A DNA stretch of 64,000 nucleotides, taken from assembly GCA_038861545.1 (NCBI GenBank), contig JAWCCZ010000001.1, forward strand, positions 192,001 through 256,000, written 5' to 3'. Made by a program: the position numbers and the translations under genes. The stretch comes from Thermofilaceae archaeon. Lineage in GTDB: Archaea; Thermoproteota; Thermoprotei; Thermofilales; Thermofilaceae. The notes beneath the pieces are model-generated. The model searched no databases, was not told the DNA's origin, and was given only the letters and a program-made list of their open reading frames with translations. Shown here piece by piece: positions 48,947 through 59,335 of the stretch; positions within the stretch are counted from its first letter, which is position 1; every line of letters starts with the position of its first letter.

Positions 48947-51900
48947 GAAGCTGCTTCCTCATGTCGTCTATGAACTTGTAGTTGCTGCTGACCCAGAGGG
49001 ACTCAGATCCAGATAATCTTGTCAGGCTGACTAGGAATACATACCTTTTAACGCTTTTATCAAGTAACGATGTTAACTCGACAGATTGTTGAACACCGGC
49101 TTCTACTGGTGAAAGCGCTACTTTTATTGAAAGCTTCTTAGAGGCATAATCTGGTACTTCAAGTTCCCTAACTACGTGTACACCCTCCTTAGCCGCACCG
49201 GCACCGCTATAGTACTCGTAAAGGTAAGCAAGCATCCCTTTAGCCTCCGCCTCACTAGGCACGCTCACTGGAAGCGGTATTTCCCACCTATTCCCTCTGG
49301 GTTTAGTCGGCGGTTTCCACTTTCTTTCGAGGGAAGGCGTAATTATTCTGGCGGCAAGTGTTGATGGATAAAGCACCGCGGCTAGAGACGCCCCTATTAT
49401 GGCTAGCGTACCTACGATCGTAAAAGCAGAGGCGAAGTTGAAGATATGCTCAAGAGGTAAAGCTCCCGCTAAGATCATCAGCTGTGTCATACCATATCCT
49501 AAGAGGTAGCCGAGAACTATTCCTACAGTCACATATACTAACACTTCTGCTATGAAGAATACAGTGATTCCGAGGGGGGAGAGACCTACTGCGCTCAAAA
49601 CGAAAACTTCCCTAGTTCTTTCTTTGAGATTACCCAGCACCATAACGGCAACATTTAACGCACCGATCACTAACACAGCGACAACCATCTCCCATCCGCC
49701 GACGGATAAACTAGTAAATGTAGACGAAACATAAGCTGAACCAGTATGCGAGAAGTACAAGGGTATGTCTATAGCAAACGCCAGCCCACGGACTGTGGTT
49801 AATAGGGAGTCGGAAGTTACAACCCCCTTCCTAGGAATGAGAGCTATAGAAGCCACATAACCGTTGAGTTCCAAAGCTTTGCGATACGGTACTATGATTA
49901 CTCTAGAAACTCCAAGATTTGGTGGAGAAGCACCTGCCTGAAGTGAAACCGAAATGTCCGGTGCTAATTGGGAAAAGTATATCGGGTCGGTTGGGGTTGG
50001 ACTATAACCATCAGCTTCAAGCATCTTATCTATGAATTCTGGCACTTCAACTATACCGGAGACTACGAATTCCTCACCAAGTAAATATATCCTGTCGCCG
50101 ACAGATAAGCTGAGGTTCTGGGCGAGGGATTTGGACACAACTGCATAGTTTCCCTCGTCAAGGAAAATACCTGCCCCCTCAGTGGCGTTTAGATACAACA
50201 ACTTATATTCTTTCGACGTGACTCCGAGAATCGCGTTTACTGTTCCGTTATTACCTTTTTCACTTACCACTGAAAAAACAAGTCCCATGAGCATTCTATC
50301 TACTGATGGGTAAACCCATACCCGCGGCAAAACCTCATAGTTAGGCCCGGCCATTACTTTTGCGACATTCACAAGCTCGGTCGATAGAGTGTTTGGAGGT
50401 ACACCGCGCCCCTGCTTAATTAATATTTGATCGATGGAGGACTTGTATCCGTACCTTGAAACCGGTAGGGTAATCCTGGCAGGCATCAACGATGTAAACG
50501 ATGTAATCGCTATGGTCATCGCAATAATAGTTGCAAGCATAAGAACTGTCCGCATAGGTCTTTTCCTAATGTATTCGCTACCCATTGAGAACGCAGTTAC
50601 AGCGGTATCCACCCTACTAACCTCTGAGCGGTGAACACCAAGAATCTTTCTTTCGATTCTACTTCTTAAAGCTTCTCCCTCAGATCCTAGCATTACAACA
50701 GTGATCAGTAATATAATTGTTATCAGTGAACCCACAAGCCCTAAAGGTATGTTACTAAGAATAGCGAACGCTGGGTGAATCATTAGGAAAAACCACAGGA
50801 TAACAGCTGCTAATACAGTCATCGTCGCGATTCTTTTTACCCCCTCCCTATGCAATGAGATTTTTTCAAGGAAGAATGCCGCAAAGGCAATTAAGGGGAA
50901 CATGTAAAGCATTGACCGCGCTGCATCATTAACCAAGGGCATTACCTCGCTGCTATAGGCTTTGCTTGCATATGCTCTAGCTACTAATGCATGAGCATAC
51001 GCCTCATGATATAACGTTGCCGAAAACGCCTCTTTAGCTCTATCTAAATGCTCACGCGCTTTACTAAGCGTTAAGTCGGCACTAGGGCTACCCACATGTC
51101 TGTCTACGAAATGCTTGTATCTACCACTTGAAATATAATACATGTCGTTAGCTGCTCTATATGCTGTGAAAATTACCCGGATGTTTTTCCCAGGTGATCC
51201 AATAAACCCGTACCCCTCAGTGTTTTCTGAACTGGAGTTTGTGAGTAGCAAAAATGGTTGAAGAGCTGCTGCCGTTCCTGTCATGCTGGTGTATCCCACA
51301 ACAATGAAGTATGTTTCAGGCTGAGCCCAAACTAAGGCTACATTTTCCCAACCATTGCAGAAATATCCATAGCTGAGAGGTAAGCTTTTGCTAAGTAACT
51401 CATAAGGCTGGAATATTACGGAAGTTTGCCTCCACCAGCCAAAGTAGCTTGTCCTAGGATCGGGCATACTAGGGGTTAGGAGTGTTGATGGTAAATTAAC
51501 GTCGAATAACTCTATTATGACAGCAGGGGCTACAACTACAGTTAGATTTTCATACTCATGTAAAACATTTATTATTTGGGCGAAGTTTTGCATACCAAAT
51601 TGACCTAAATCCGTAGCCATGATAATTGCTCCCTGCTCGTTAAAAACCCACCCCCTTGCAATCCATCTCGAAAAAGGTACAGCTGTGCCTCCGCCGGCGA
51701 CCCTCCCTGCATGTGGTATGCCGTAAATAACAAAACGACCCTCCGCATCAGTTCTGGTTATAATTTTGTTTAACTTATAAGTCGACGTTACTAGCTGTGT
51801 TTCTACAATAGCGTTTGGAACCGGGCTATACCAGCCAGCGCTAAAGTTATATCTTACTACTCTACCATAGAATGTAGTAAACCCAGGATAACCCCTATCG

Positions 51901-53393
51901 GCAGCGAGATCGTAGCGTGTAGGTTTAATTGAGTTTTTGCTAATTTGCCATTCAGTGTTTAATAATTCTAGGACTATATATGTAGTTACTTCAAGGTAGG
52001 GTTTTAAAGCGGATACATTAGCGTACTGCCAGTCATCCACAGGCATGCCGACGTATAGCCTACTCGAATGCCTGCTGGTTATTGAGAAGGAAGGTACCCC
52101 ACTTATAGATGCGGCCTCCGAATCTAGCATATAGGGAATCGGTTCGGTTCCCCAGAATCCCTGGTAAGAGAAGAACGTGCTCACTAGAGCTGATGGACTC
52201 GGAACACCCAGGACCGAGTTCGTATAAGTTCTTAAAGGTTCTTCGGCCAAAATGGTCTGAATCTTATTGGATACCCAGGTAAGCCTAGCGGGGAAGCCTC
52301 CACTGTGTATCGAGTTACCACCATAAGTTGTGAAGTAGCTGGACTGTAACAGTTGAATACCGTCTGAATCGCTGGAAAACATGTCAAACCCTATAAAGCC
52401 CCATATAGTCGTTCTTCCGCTAAGGATTTCTTCATTGAAGAAGTAATCTTCAATGAAAGCCCTAACCCCTGCTAATGCCTGCCAATGACCCGAGAGGAAA
52501 ACCAGCCAGACGGTGTATCGAGGTTTATTTTCTTTCAAATATCTGGCCAGTTCAAGCAAATAAGCAGGGGCTATAGCTTCGGCCTTACTATTCGATAAAG
52601 CTGGAACCACTGACCATGAGTCAAAGTGAGCCGCTAAGATAAGTATATCAGAAGCAGAGCTCCCGTTAATGACAGCGATCAAGTTAGCCGCCTCTATCTC
52701 CTTCCAGGTTATCTTGGATACTAGCCTAATTTTAGAAGCATTCTCTACAAGCTTCCAGTCGTCTTTATTTATGTAAACTCGCGGGAAGTTGATAGGAGTA
52801 TCAAGAAACTTCTTATTGCATTCATAATACGTGGTCGAAATTGGCTCTATGAATATAACCGCCTTTGCACCTAATTTAGCAGCGTTAAGCCAGTTATCTT
52901 GTGAGTTAAATTCCATTGCAACTATACTGCCTTCAATGTTTTTCCCGTTAAAATCGCTTAGTTCTCCCTTACCGACGTAATGTAGTGGGCCTTCTAACCC
53001 TTCTGGTGGTGTTGTAGAAGGATTAACGCCATTCGGGTATAGAGCGTGAACCTTGACCCGAAGGTACGGCGGCTCTAAAACTTCTATATATGCTTCTTCT
53101 TCGAAGGGTACAAGAACTTTATAGGTGTGGGTGGTGACTTTTAAGCCGAGTTCATCTTGAAGGTAGGAATAAATAAATTCTAAGGTTTTCTGGTAGCCCG
53201 GATACCCAGTCATTCTAGAGCCAAAGTTTGAGATAATCTCTACTTTTTCTTCTATCTGAGCGTAATCCAGCTGGGTTAGTGAGACTTCTGGTTTACCAAA
53301 ACTGACAGCTAAATATGCCAAAGTAATTAGGGTTAGTGCTAATACGGCTATAGAATTGCAAAGGAACTTCTTTTTAGGTGTTTGTACTTTCAT
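48885..53393 (-). CDS. Large fusion: PA domain + atypical M28-like domain + helical linker + MacB/FtsX-type permease
   Basis: GSRMTGYPG; PA segment WLNAAKLGAKAVIF; AAHFDS; FLSGHW; YIRKRPMRTVL; LKERTREVFVLSAVGLSP; many TMs. Confidence 0.85.
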   Translation of the reverse strand: MKVQTPKKKFLCNSIAVLALTLITLAYLAVSFGKPEVSLTQLDYAQIEEKVEIISNFGSRMTGYPGYQKTLEFIYSYLQDELGLKVTTHTYKVLVPFEEEAYIEVLEPPYLRVKVHALYPNGVNPSTTPPEGLEGPLHYVGKGELSDFNGKNIEGSIVAMEFNSQDNWLNAAKLGAKAVIFIEPISTTYYECNKKFLDTPINFPRVYINKDDWKLVENASKIRLVSKITWKEIEAANLIAVINGSSASDILILAAHFDSWSVVPALSNSKAEAIAPAYLLELARYLKENKPRYTVWLVFLSGHWQALAGVRAFIEDYFFNEEILSGRTTIWGFIGFDMFSSDSDGIQLLQSSYFTTYGGNSIHSGGFPARLTWVSNKIQTILAEEPLRTYTNSVLGVPSPSALVSTFFSYQGFWGTEPIPYMLDSEAASISGVPSFSITSRHSSRLYVGMPVDDWQYANVSALKPYLEVTTYIVLELLNTEWQISKNSIKPTRYDLAADRGYPGFTTFYGRVVRYNFSAGWYSPVPNAIVETQLVTSTYKLNKIITRTDAEGRFVIYGIPHAGRVAGGGTAVPFSRWIARGWVFNEQGAIIMATDLGQFGMQNFAQIINVLHEYENLTVVVAPAVIIELFDVNLPSTLLTPSMPDPRTSYFGWWRQTSVIFQPYELLSKSLPLSYGYFCNGWENVALVWAQPETYFIVVGYTSMTGTAAALQPFLLLTNSSSENTEGYGFIGSPGKNIRVIFTAYRAANDMYYISSGRYKHFVDRHVGSPSADLTLSKAREHLDRAKEAFSATLYHEAYAHALVARAYASKAYSSEVMPLVNDAARSMLYMFPLIAFAAFFLEKISLHREGVKRIATMTVLAAVILWFFLMIHPAFAILSNIPLGLVGSLITIILLITVVMLGSEGEALRSRIERKILGVHRSEVSRVDTAVTAFSMGSEYIRKRPMRTVLMLATIIAMTIAITSFTSLMPARITLPVSRYGYKSSIDQILIKQGRGVPPNTLSTELVNVAKVMAGPNYEVLPRVWVYPSVDRMLMGLVFSVVSEKGNNGTVNAILGVTSKEYKLLYLNATEGAGIFLDEGNYAVVSKSLAQNLSLSVGDRIYLLGEEFVVSGIVEVPEFIDKMLEADGYSPTPTDPIYFSQLAPDISVSLQAGASPPNLGVSRVIIVPYRKALELNGYVASIALIPRKGVVTSDSLLTTVRGLAFAIDIPLYFSHTGSAYVSSTFTSLSVGGWEMVVAVLVIGALNVAVMVLGNLKERTREVFVLSAVGLSPLGITVFFIAEVLVYVTVGIVLGYLLGYGMTQLMILAGALPLEHIFNFASAFTIVGTLAIIGASLAAVLYPSTLAARIITPSLERKWKPPTKPRGNRWEIPLPVSVPSEAEAKGMLAYLYEYYSGAGAAKEGVHVVRELEVPDYASKKLSIKVALSPVEAGVQQSVELTSLLDKSVKRYVFLVSLTRLSGSESLWVSSNYKFIDDMRKQLLMWSSLPSDERKKYISKAVQ

Positions 53394-53414
53394 AATTGAA
53401 GGTAAACTACGATT

Positions 53415-53459
53415 CCCTATAAAGGTTTATACTGATTTTCGGCAAATACTTTTATAGGG
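53415..53459. promoter_or_regulatory. Divergent mirror-image TATA promoters (CCCTATAAA ... TTTATAGGG)
   Basis: 9-bp perfect inverted repeat (11/12 when extended); each TTTATA lies about 23-30 nt upstream of the respective ATG (53393 and 53479). Confidence 0.7.
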
Positions 53460-53478
53460 CTTCTGACTCAGTCCTCCA

Positions 53479-55395
53479 ATGTCTGGGAGTGACGACATCG
53501 AATTCAAACCAGGATACACGTGGAGAAGCTTGTTAGCAATGATTTTAGCCGGACTTATTTTTATGCCGGCTTCAGTCTACCTTTGGTTAGCAGTCGGAGC
53601 CGGAGCCAGCACTGCTGCCACGTACGTTACGGTGATACTTTTTAGCGCATTAGCTAGAATATACGGCACTCAGTTAACTAGGCAGGAGTTGTTCATAATT
53701 TACTCTATAGTGGGAGGCATTGGAGGAGCGATGCCGATGTTTTACTGGTTAGTTTTTAGAAGCTACTTTATAAATAACCCACTTAGCTTAGAATTCACCA
53801 TAGAGGGTAAGCCAGTAAGGGACTTTGTACCTTACTGGATGGCGCCCCCTGTAACCTCTTTTGCTCATGCGGCAAGGACATTCTTCACAGTAGACTGGTT
53901 ACCAGCTGTTACCACAACTATTGTTTTCGCCACCCTTAGCCTAGTAGCAGAGTTTTCACTGGGCATGTTGTTTTCGTACCTTTACATCGAGATTGAACCA
54001 CTACCTTTCCCCTTTGCTCAAATCGATGCTACAATGGTAAACACTTTGTATGAACGAGAACACGAGCGCATGTTCTATTTTTTCACTTCGTTAATTGGAG
54101 GGGCCGTATATGGTTCCTTAGTGTACTTGATCCCCCTGATTCTTGGACCGCAGGCTGCCGTAATACCGTATCCCTTCATTGACTTTACTCCGTACACACA
54201 GTTCTTCCTTCCTGGCGCAGCGCTAGGTGTAGCTACAGATCCAACCGCTTTCCTTTATGGAATGGTGCTTTCCCCTACAGTTACCTTTTCAATAATGCTG
54301 GGCTCCCTGGCTACATGGGTTTTCGGGAACACATTAACTCTTATAATCTTCAGGAATTTTTCGCCGGAATGGGTGAAAGAGTACGCTCCCGGTATGGGAC
54401 TTTTCCTAATTTACCAGAGAGCTAGCTTAAGGCTTTGGCTCTCAACTTTTATGGGGTTAAGCTTTGGATTAGCTATTTTCGTATTTATTATAACATGGAG
54501 CAGGCTGTCCAGTGCGCTTAAATCGTTATCAAAGATTAAAGAGGCGAAAGGGGGACCGGGTTATCCTCCAGCTAAGTTTCTGTTGTCAGCTTTCTTAGCC
54601 TCGACTCTTACAAGTGTAATCCTCTACTATTACCTTGTTCCAGGCATACCGCTTTGGCTACCCTTGTTCGTTTCAGTGTTTCTGAGCTTTGTAATCGCTT
54701 TCCTTGGTGCTAGAGTTTACGGCGAACTCGGTTTAACGTTTTCATCAGATTTTGTGTATAATATGTGGAAAACCGCAGTCTACTTCAGCCCATACCAAGG
54801 GTATGCTGGATGGATCTCCACGCCGGTGATTGCCGGCTTTTCAACACCTTGGTATGTTAACGCCACAAAGGTAGCCTACTTGACTAGGACAAAACCCATA
54901 GATTACTACAAGGCTGTTTTGACGTCGTTCGTTATAACAACCTTGTTAGGCCTATTTTTTATGGACTTTTTCTGGAGAATGGCGCCCATCCCCTCTTTCG
55001 TTTACCCATACGTAATGGGTCTCTGGCCGGCTTACGCTATCAGCGACTGTCTATTCGCTACTAGACAGATAGCCGTGAGGTTAGATCAAATACTAGTAGG
55101 AACCGGCATTGCATTAATGGGGGGTTTTGGCGGTTTCATGCTAGCTAAAATCGGTGCACCACTGAACCCGATTGCATTAATAAGTGGATGCTTCTCATTG
55201 CCGCCTTACACTATAATGGTGTTCATAATGTCAATGTTGAGCAGGTATGTGGTGGCAAAAGCCATTGGCAGAGAGAGGTGGGAGGGCATAAAAGCAGTAT
55301 TCATAGCCGGTTTTCTCGCGGGCATGGGCATAGTTGTCGCATCAGGGGTTGCTTTAACATTGTTGTCTAAAGCATCTTGGGTTTGGCCATGGTAG
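53479..55395 (+). CDS. OPT-superfamily-like multi-pass membrane protein
   Basis: PGYTWRSL start, LTRQELF, YIEIEPLPFPFA (OPT-type L-x-F-P motif), many TMs. Confidence 0.75.
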   Translation: MSGSDDIEFKPGYTWRSLLAMILAGLIFMPASVYLWLAVGAGASTAATYVTVILFSALARIYGTQLTRQELFIIYSIVGGIGGAMPMFYWLVFRSYFINNPLSLEFTIEGKPVRDFVPYWMAPPVTSFAHAARTFFTVDWLPAVTTTIVFATLSLVAEFSLGMLFSYLYIEIEPLPFPFAQIDATMVNTLYEREHERMFYFFTSLIGGAVYGSLVYLIPLILGPQAAVIPYPFIDFTPYTQFFLPGAALGVATDPTAFLYGMVLSPTVTFSIMLGSLATWVFGNTLTLIIFRNFSPEWVKEYAPGMGLFLIYQRASLRLWLSTFMGLSFGLAIFVFIITWSRLSSALKSLSKIKEAKGGPGYPPAKFLLSAFLASTLTSVILYYYLVPGIPLWLPLFVSVFLSFVIAFLGARVYGELGLTFSSDFVYNMWKTAVYFSPYQGYAGWISTPVIAGFSTPWYVNATKVAYLTRTKPIDYYKAVLTSFVITTLLGLFFMDFFWRMAPIPSFVYPYVMGLWPAYAISDCLFATRQIAVRLDQILVGTGIALMGGFGGFMLAKIGAPLNPIALISGCFSLPPYTIMVFIMSMLSRYVVAKAIGRERWEGIKAVFIAGFLAGMGIVVASGVALTLLSKASWVWPW

Positions 55396-55454
55396 GCAAT
55401 TGTCTTAAAATTTTTACAACAAAGCTTAAGTAGGAGCTTTTTCATACTATTTCA

Positions 55455-57563
55455 ATGACAACCGAATACAGAAAAGAGGTTGTCGAGTACCTACCAGGTT
55501 TAACGAAGCGCTCGCTTGTAATCGGCATCCCGTTGCTGCTGGTTTACGCCTATCTCTCCGTCATCGTAGGTTTATACACAGATAAAAGTGGGACATTCGG
55601 AACATTCGTTATACCGATGATATACTTGGTCTTCATCTTTGAACTCCTTGGTCGAGCAAGCCCGAAGCTCAGGTTAACGCCACAGGAGTGGGTGTTCGTT
55701 TTCTCCCTTTTCACGTTCATGGGTATGCACAGTTACTTAACCATGCACGCAGCGGCGCATGTTAACCCACCCCAGTACATCTGGAGCTGTATCCCATGGG
55801 GAGATTACCTAGGTTTCACAACCGGAGGTTTAGAGAATTACTGGAGCGCTGCCGTACCGGCAGTATCTGTACCACCTGAACCATTACGTTTTGAAGTAGC
55901 TCGAATGATCCGCAGCGGTAGGAGCATTGGCCAGGAGATTCCATGGGGCGCGGTTTTGCAGCCTCTATTCTACTGAGGAATAGTATACATATTTTACTGC
56001 CTAATTAGTGCTTGGGTTGCCTTTACGTTCGGTAAACCTTGGGTTGAGGAAGAGCGCCTAGTATTTCCGCTAGCTATCCCGTCGCTTTACTTGTTTAGGG
56101 AAGCTACTGAAGTATCAGACGGAAGAAAATCAAGGTTATTCGACTTCAGAGTACCGCACACCAAGGTCTTCTGGGCGATGTTTGTTGTCGGAATCATTAG
56201 CGGTATAAACCCGATACTAGCCGAGCTGCTGCCAGCTTTTCCGATCGGAGCTTGGTGGGGGGAGACAAATCTACAGCTGACATTTTTAGGTAATATGTGG
56301 CCGGGAGTCTACGCAGCCGCGATATTCTTCATCCCGCAAGTAGCAGTAGGGCTCGTGATGCCCAACGACGCTCTGATAACTTTAATTCTATGCTGGATTA
56401 TCTTTGGAGTCCTCTACCAAGGTATCGCTGTGATGACAGGTCAAGTGCAGTACAACCCCGGTATGGAATACGTATGGCCTTGGGAGGATTACCCTGGAGT
56501 TTGGATGCCGTTTCCATACAGGTTTATTGCATCTAACGGAGTTGGCTTAGCTATTACGATATGGATGCTCTTCAGATATCGGAGAAGATTCGCAGAGGCT
56601 TTTTCAACGCTGTGGAAGCGGGACATATCGGAGCGTGGTCTCTCCTTAAGACTCGCAACGATTCTAATGCTTATAGGCTTCTTCGGCTGGTATGCCATAA
56701 TGCTCATGGATCAAGCTAGCCCAATCGTAGCTTTACTAGTACCGTTCTGGGCGCTGCTATGGAACATTTGCTTTGCCAGGGTTTTCGCTGAAGTATTCTG
56801 GCACGTTGGTACAGGTTGGGGCCATACGTGGATCCCGACTTACGAGTTCGGCAGGCTTATACACGGATGGCGGGCATGGGATCAAGTTACCTGGGACAAC
56901 CCGATGACTGATTCAGCATGGTTCACCCCTGCAAGGCATATAGCAAACTTAAGTAACTGGAACATCTCCTTCAGCCCGTTAAGCGCCGGCCATCAAGTCA
57001 CTCTGTACAAACTCGCATATGATCTGAAAATGAGACTTTCCGACCTATTAGTAGCAATCATCATCGGCGCTCTAGTCTTCTCGTTTGTAGCCATGCCGAT
57101 TGAAGCATACTTTATCCTGCACACAAAAGGCGGCTTAGATGTTACGAACGCTGCGGGTGCGAACTGGTGGCCGTGGATGGCAGCCGGCTGGTACCACAGA
57201 GGGTACTGGATGGCCACGGGTATGACGCCAGATACTGTTGGATGGCTGTTCTACGGTGTGGGCTTAGCGCTTGGCTTAATTTTCTACATACTTAAGGCGA
57301 GGTTTACTTGGTTCTGGTTCATTAGCGTGCCAGCTTTGTACATTGGCATGACGATTGTGACCTACATGTGGTTAACTTCTCTGCTCGCTTTGATTATAAA
57401 GTTTGTGGCAATAAGAACTGTAGGCATTAAACGATACGAGGAGTACGCTACACCCGCTGTAGCTGGTTGGATTCTTGGTTTCGGTGCCGCATGGTTGCCT
57501 GCAGCGCTCGTTAACTTCTTCGTAGTTGTCCTACCAAGGTTAAGCGCGCTCTGGGTACCTTAA
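55455..57563 (+). pseudogene. Second OPT-like membrane protein (DUF6785/DUF6784-like, about 702 aa) interrupted by one in-frame TGA at 55974..55976
   Basis: ORFs 55455..55976 and 56091..57563 share a frame; the 38 intervening codons are open and encode GKPWVEEERLVFPLAIP; N-terminus PGLTKRSL and LTPQEW mirror the upstream paralog. Confidence 0.8.
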
Positions 57564-57593
57564 ATTATAAGATTGAAAAAATATTTCTATTTT

Positions 57594-58232
57594 TTACTTT
57601 GGTTTCGATTTTTCATTACTTTTAAGTTTAAGTATCGTTAAAATTGCTTGACAGTAAGCCCTTAATCTCTTATAACCGATTACAGGCGGTAAAAGCCCCT
57701 TTCTCCTCAGATCCCCCATCATTAATTCAAGTTTTTTAGGTTCAATTTGGAGAAGTTTTGCCGCATCTTCAAGATTTTCACTAGCGGCTATCGCCCCAAA
57801 TATCTTTAAAGCATTTGGATCTTCAAATACGGATAGCGTGGATATCAGCTCAATAATTGCCTCTTCTACGGCTGCTTTAACTATGTAGAATAATTCTTCC
57901 TCATCAACTGCGTAAAGATCAGAAAGGAGTATCACGCCCACGTTGAGCTTGTTAGCTAATGCTTCAGCTGACTTATCAGAAAACCCGCGGGCAATGATTA
58001 AAGGTGTCACTCCTAGGAGCTCTGCATTAATTTTAGCTTGTCGAACGTCTGATACGCTTACTTTACCGGCTTTTATCTCTACGGCATGTAAGCCAGCCGT
58101 GCCCTCAGCCAGCAGGTCGACTTCACCTACCTGCGATTCTTCAATTATTATTGGAACACTTTCTTGTAGTACCCTATACCCCATTCCCTCGAGTACTCTT
58201 TTTGCGATCTCTACACTGGCTTTACCCCTCAT
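57594..58232 (-). CDS. PD-(D/E)XK (RecB/Mrr-like) nuclease with a C-terminal HTH
   Basis: GEVDLLA...AVEIK...VRQA. Confidence 0.8.
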   Translation of the reverse strand: MRGKASVEIAKRVLEGMGYRVLQESVPIIIEESQVGEVDLLAEGTAGLHAVEIKAGKVSVSDVRQAKINAELLGVTPLIIARGFSDKSAEALANKLNVGVILLSDLYAVDEEELFYIVKAAVEEAIIELISTLSVFEDPNALKIFGAIAASENLEDAAKLLQIEPKKLELMMGDLRRKGLLPPVIGYKRLRAYCQAILTILKLKSNEKSKPK

Positions 58233-58277
58233 ACGGTAAACTCTGATACTTTACAACTTAATTACTGTTAGCATAGA

Positions 58278-59309
58278 TTAAATGCTCCAGTATCTGCGTA
58301 GAAGCAACTTCAGCTCAGCCACGTATTCCCTAGCTAACTTTCTGACGGCTTCGGCTGAACACATCTTCTTGACCGTTACTAAGCTTTGCCCTGCAAGGCT
58401 AGAAACGAAAGCCGGAAGTCCCTTACCCAAGCCTTCGTCATACCCACCTTCGAGGACTGCTACGATGCACCTAATTCCATGAGATCTATACAGCGAGCCG
58501 AACTTTGTAAAAGTGTAAATCCCGGCTTTCAAGTGTGTTAATCCGTCTCCAGCATAAGAGTCAAAACCAGCCGAGAAAACTATTGCCTCTGGCTTGAAGC
58601 TTTCGAGGAGAGGGTCCCCAATTTCCTCGACAGCTAGTTCATATACATCATCTCCGCTACCAGGGGGTAATACTACATTGACCTTGTAGCCCTCGCCCTC
58701 GCCCTCCCCCACGTCGCTCAGGAAGCCTGTACCGGGGTATAACGTAACAGGGTCTTCGTGAAAATCTATAATTAGTACTCGGGGATCGCTATAGAATATC
58801 TCCATAGTTCCATTACCGTGATGAGCGTCGAAATCGATAATCGCTACCCTCTTAAGTCCTAGCTCTAGTAGCCTAGCTGTAGCTAATGCGGAATTGTTGA
58901 ATATGCAGAAGCCCTGGGTTTGCACCCCTAGGGCGCGACCCCTTTTCCCCGCATGGTGTCCTGGCGGTCTCACTATCGCGAAAGCCATTTCTCCGTTGTT
59001 AGCCAGTTCAGCTGCTCTAAGAGCTGCTCCGGTAGCATACAACGCGGCTTTCGCCGTACCTCTCGAAAGGTAGGTATCACCGTCCAGTACAGAAACACCG
59101 CTGTTAATTTTGCCAAGTATACTTTCGACATATGCTGGCGCGTGAACTCGGTGTAAATCCTCTACTCTAGCAGGAGAAAAATCCCTATCAAGCGTTGAAA
59201 AACCAGCTTTCTCCAAAGCTTCTAACGCTATTATCATCCTTTGTGGTCTCTCGGGGTGGGGAAACGGTGGTATATGTTCAAGGAATGCTGTGTGGTATAG
59301 CAATCTCAT
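58278..59309 (-). CDS. Histone deacetylase-family amidohydrolase
   Basis: HPERPQR, RPPGHHA, GFCIFNN, DFDAHHGNGT, SAGFD, LEGGY. Confidence 0.95.
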   Translation of the reverse strand: MRLLYHTAFLEHIPPFPHPERPQRMIIALEALEKAGFSTLDRDFSPARVEDLHRVHAPAYVESILGKINSGVSVLDGDTYLSRGTAKAALYATGAALRAAELANNGEMAFAIVRPPGHHAGKRGRALGVQTQGFCIFNNSALATARLLELGLKRVAIIDFDAHHGNGTMEIFYSDPRVLIIDFHEDPVTLYPGTGFLSDVGEGEGEGYKVNVVLPPGSGDDVYELAVEEIGDPLLESFKPEAIVFSAGFDSYAGDGLTHLKAGIYTFTKFGSLYRSHGIRCIVAVLEGGYDEGLGKGLPAFVSSLAGQSLVTVKKMCSAEAVRKLAREYVAELKLLLRRYWSI

Positions 59310-59335
59310 TTTCGACGTTAGAAAACTGCAGTGTT

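Noticed and set aside
55974-55976. Selenocysteine or genome-wide UGA reassignment
   Set aside because: The context is a hydrophobic Trp-like position rather than a redox Cys, no SECIS-like hairpin was recognised, and TGA terminates several core genes correctly
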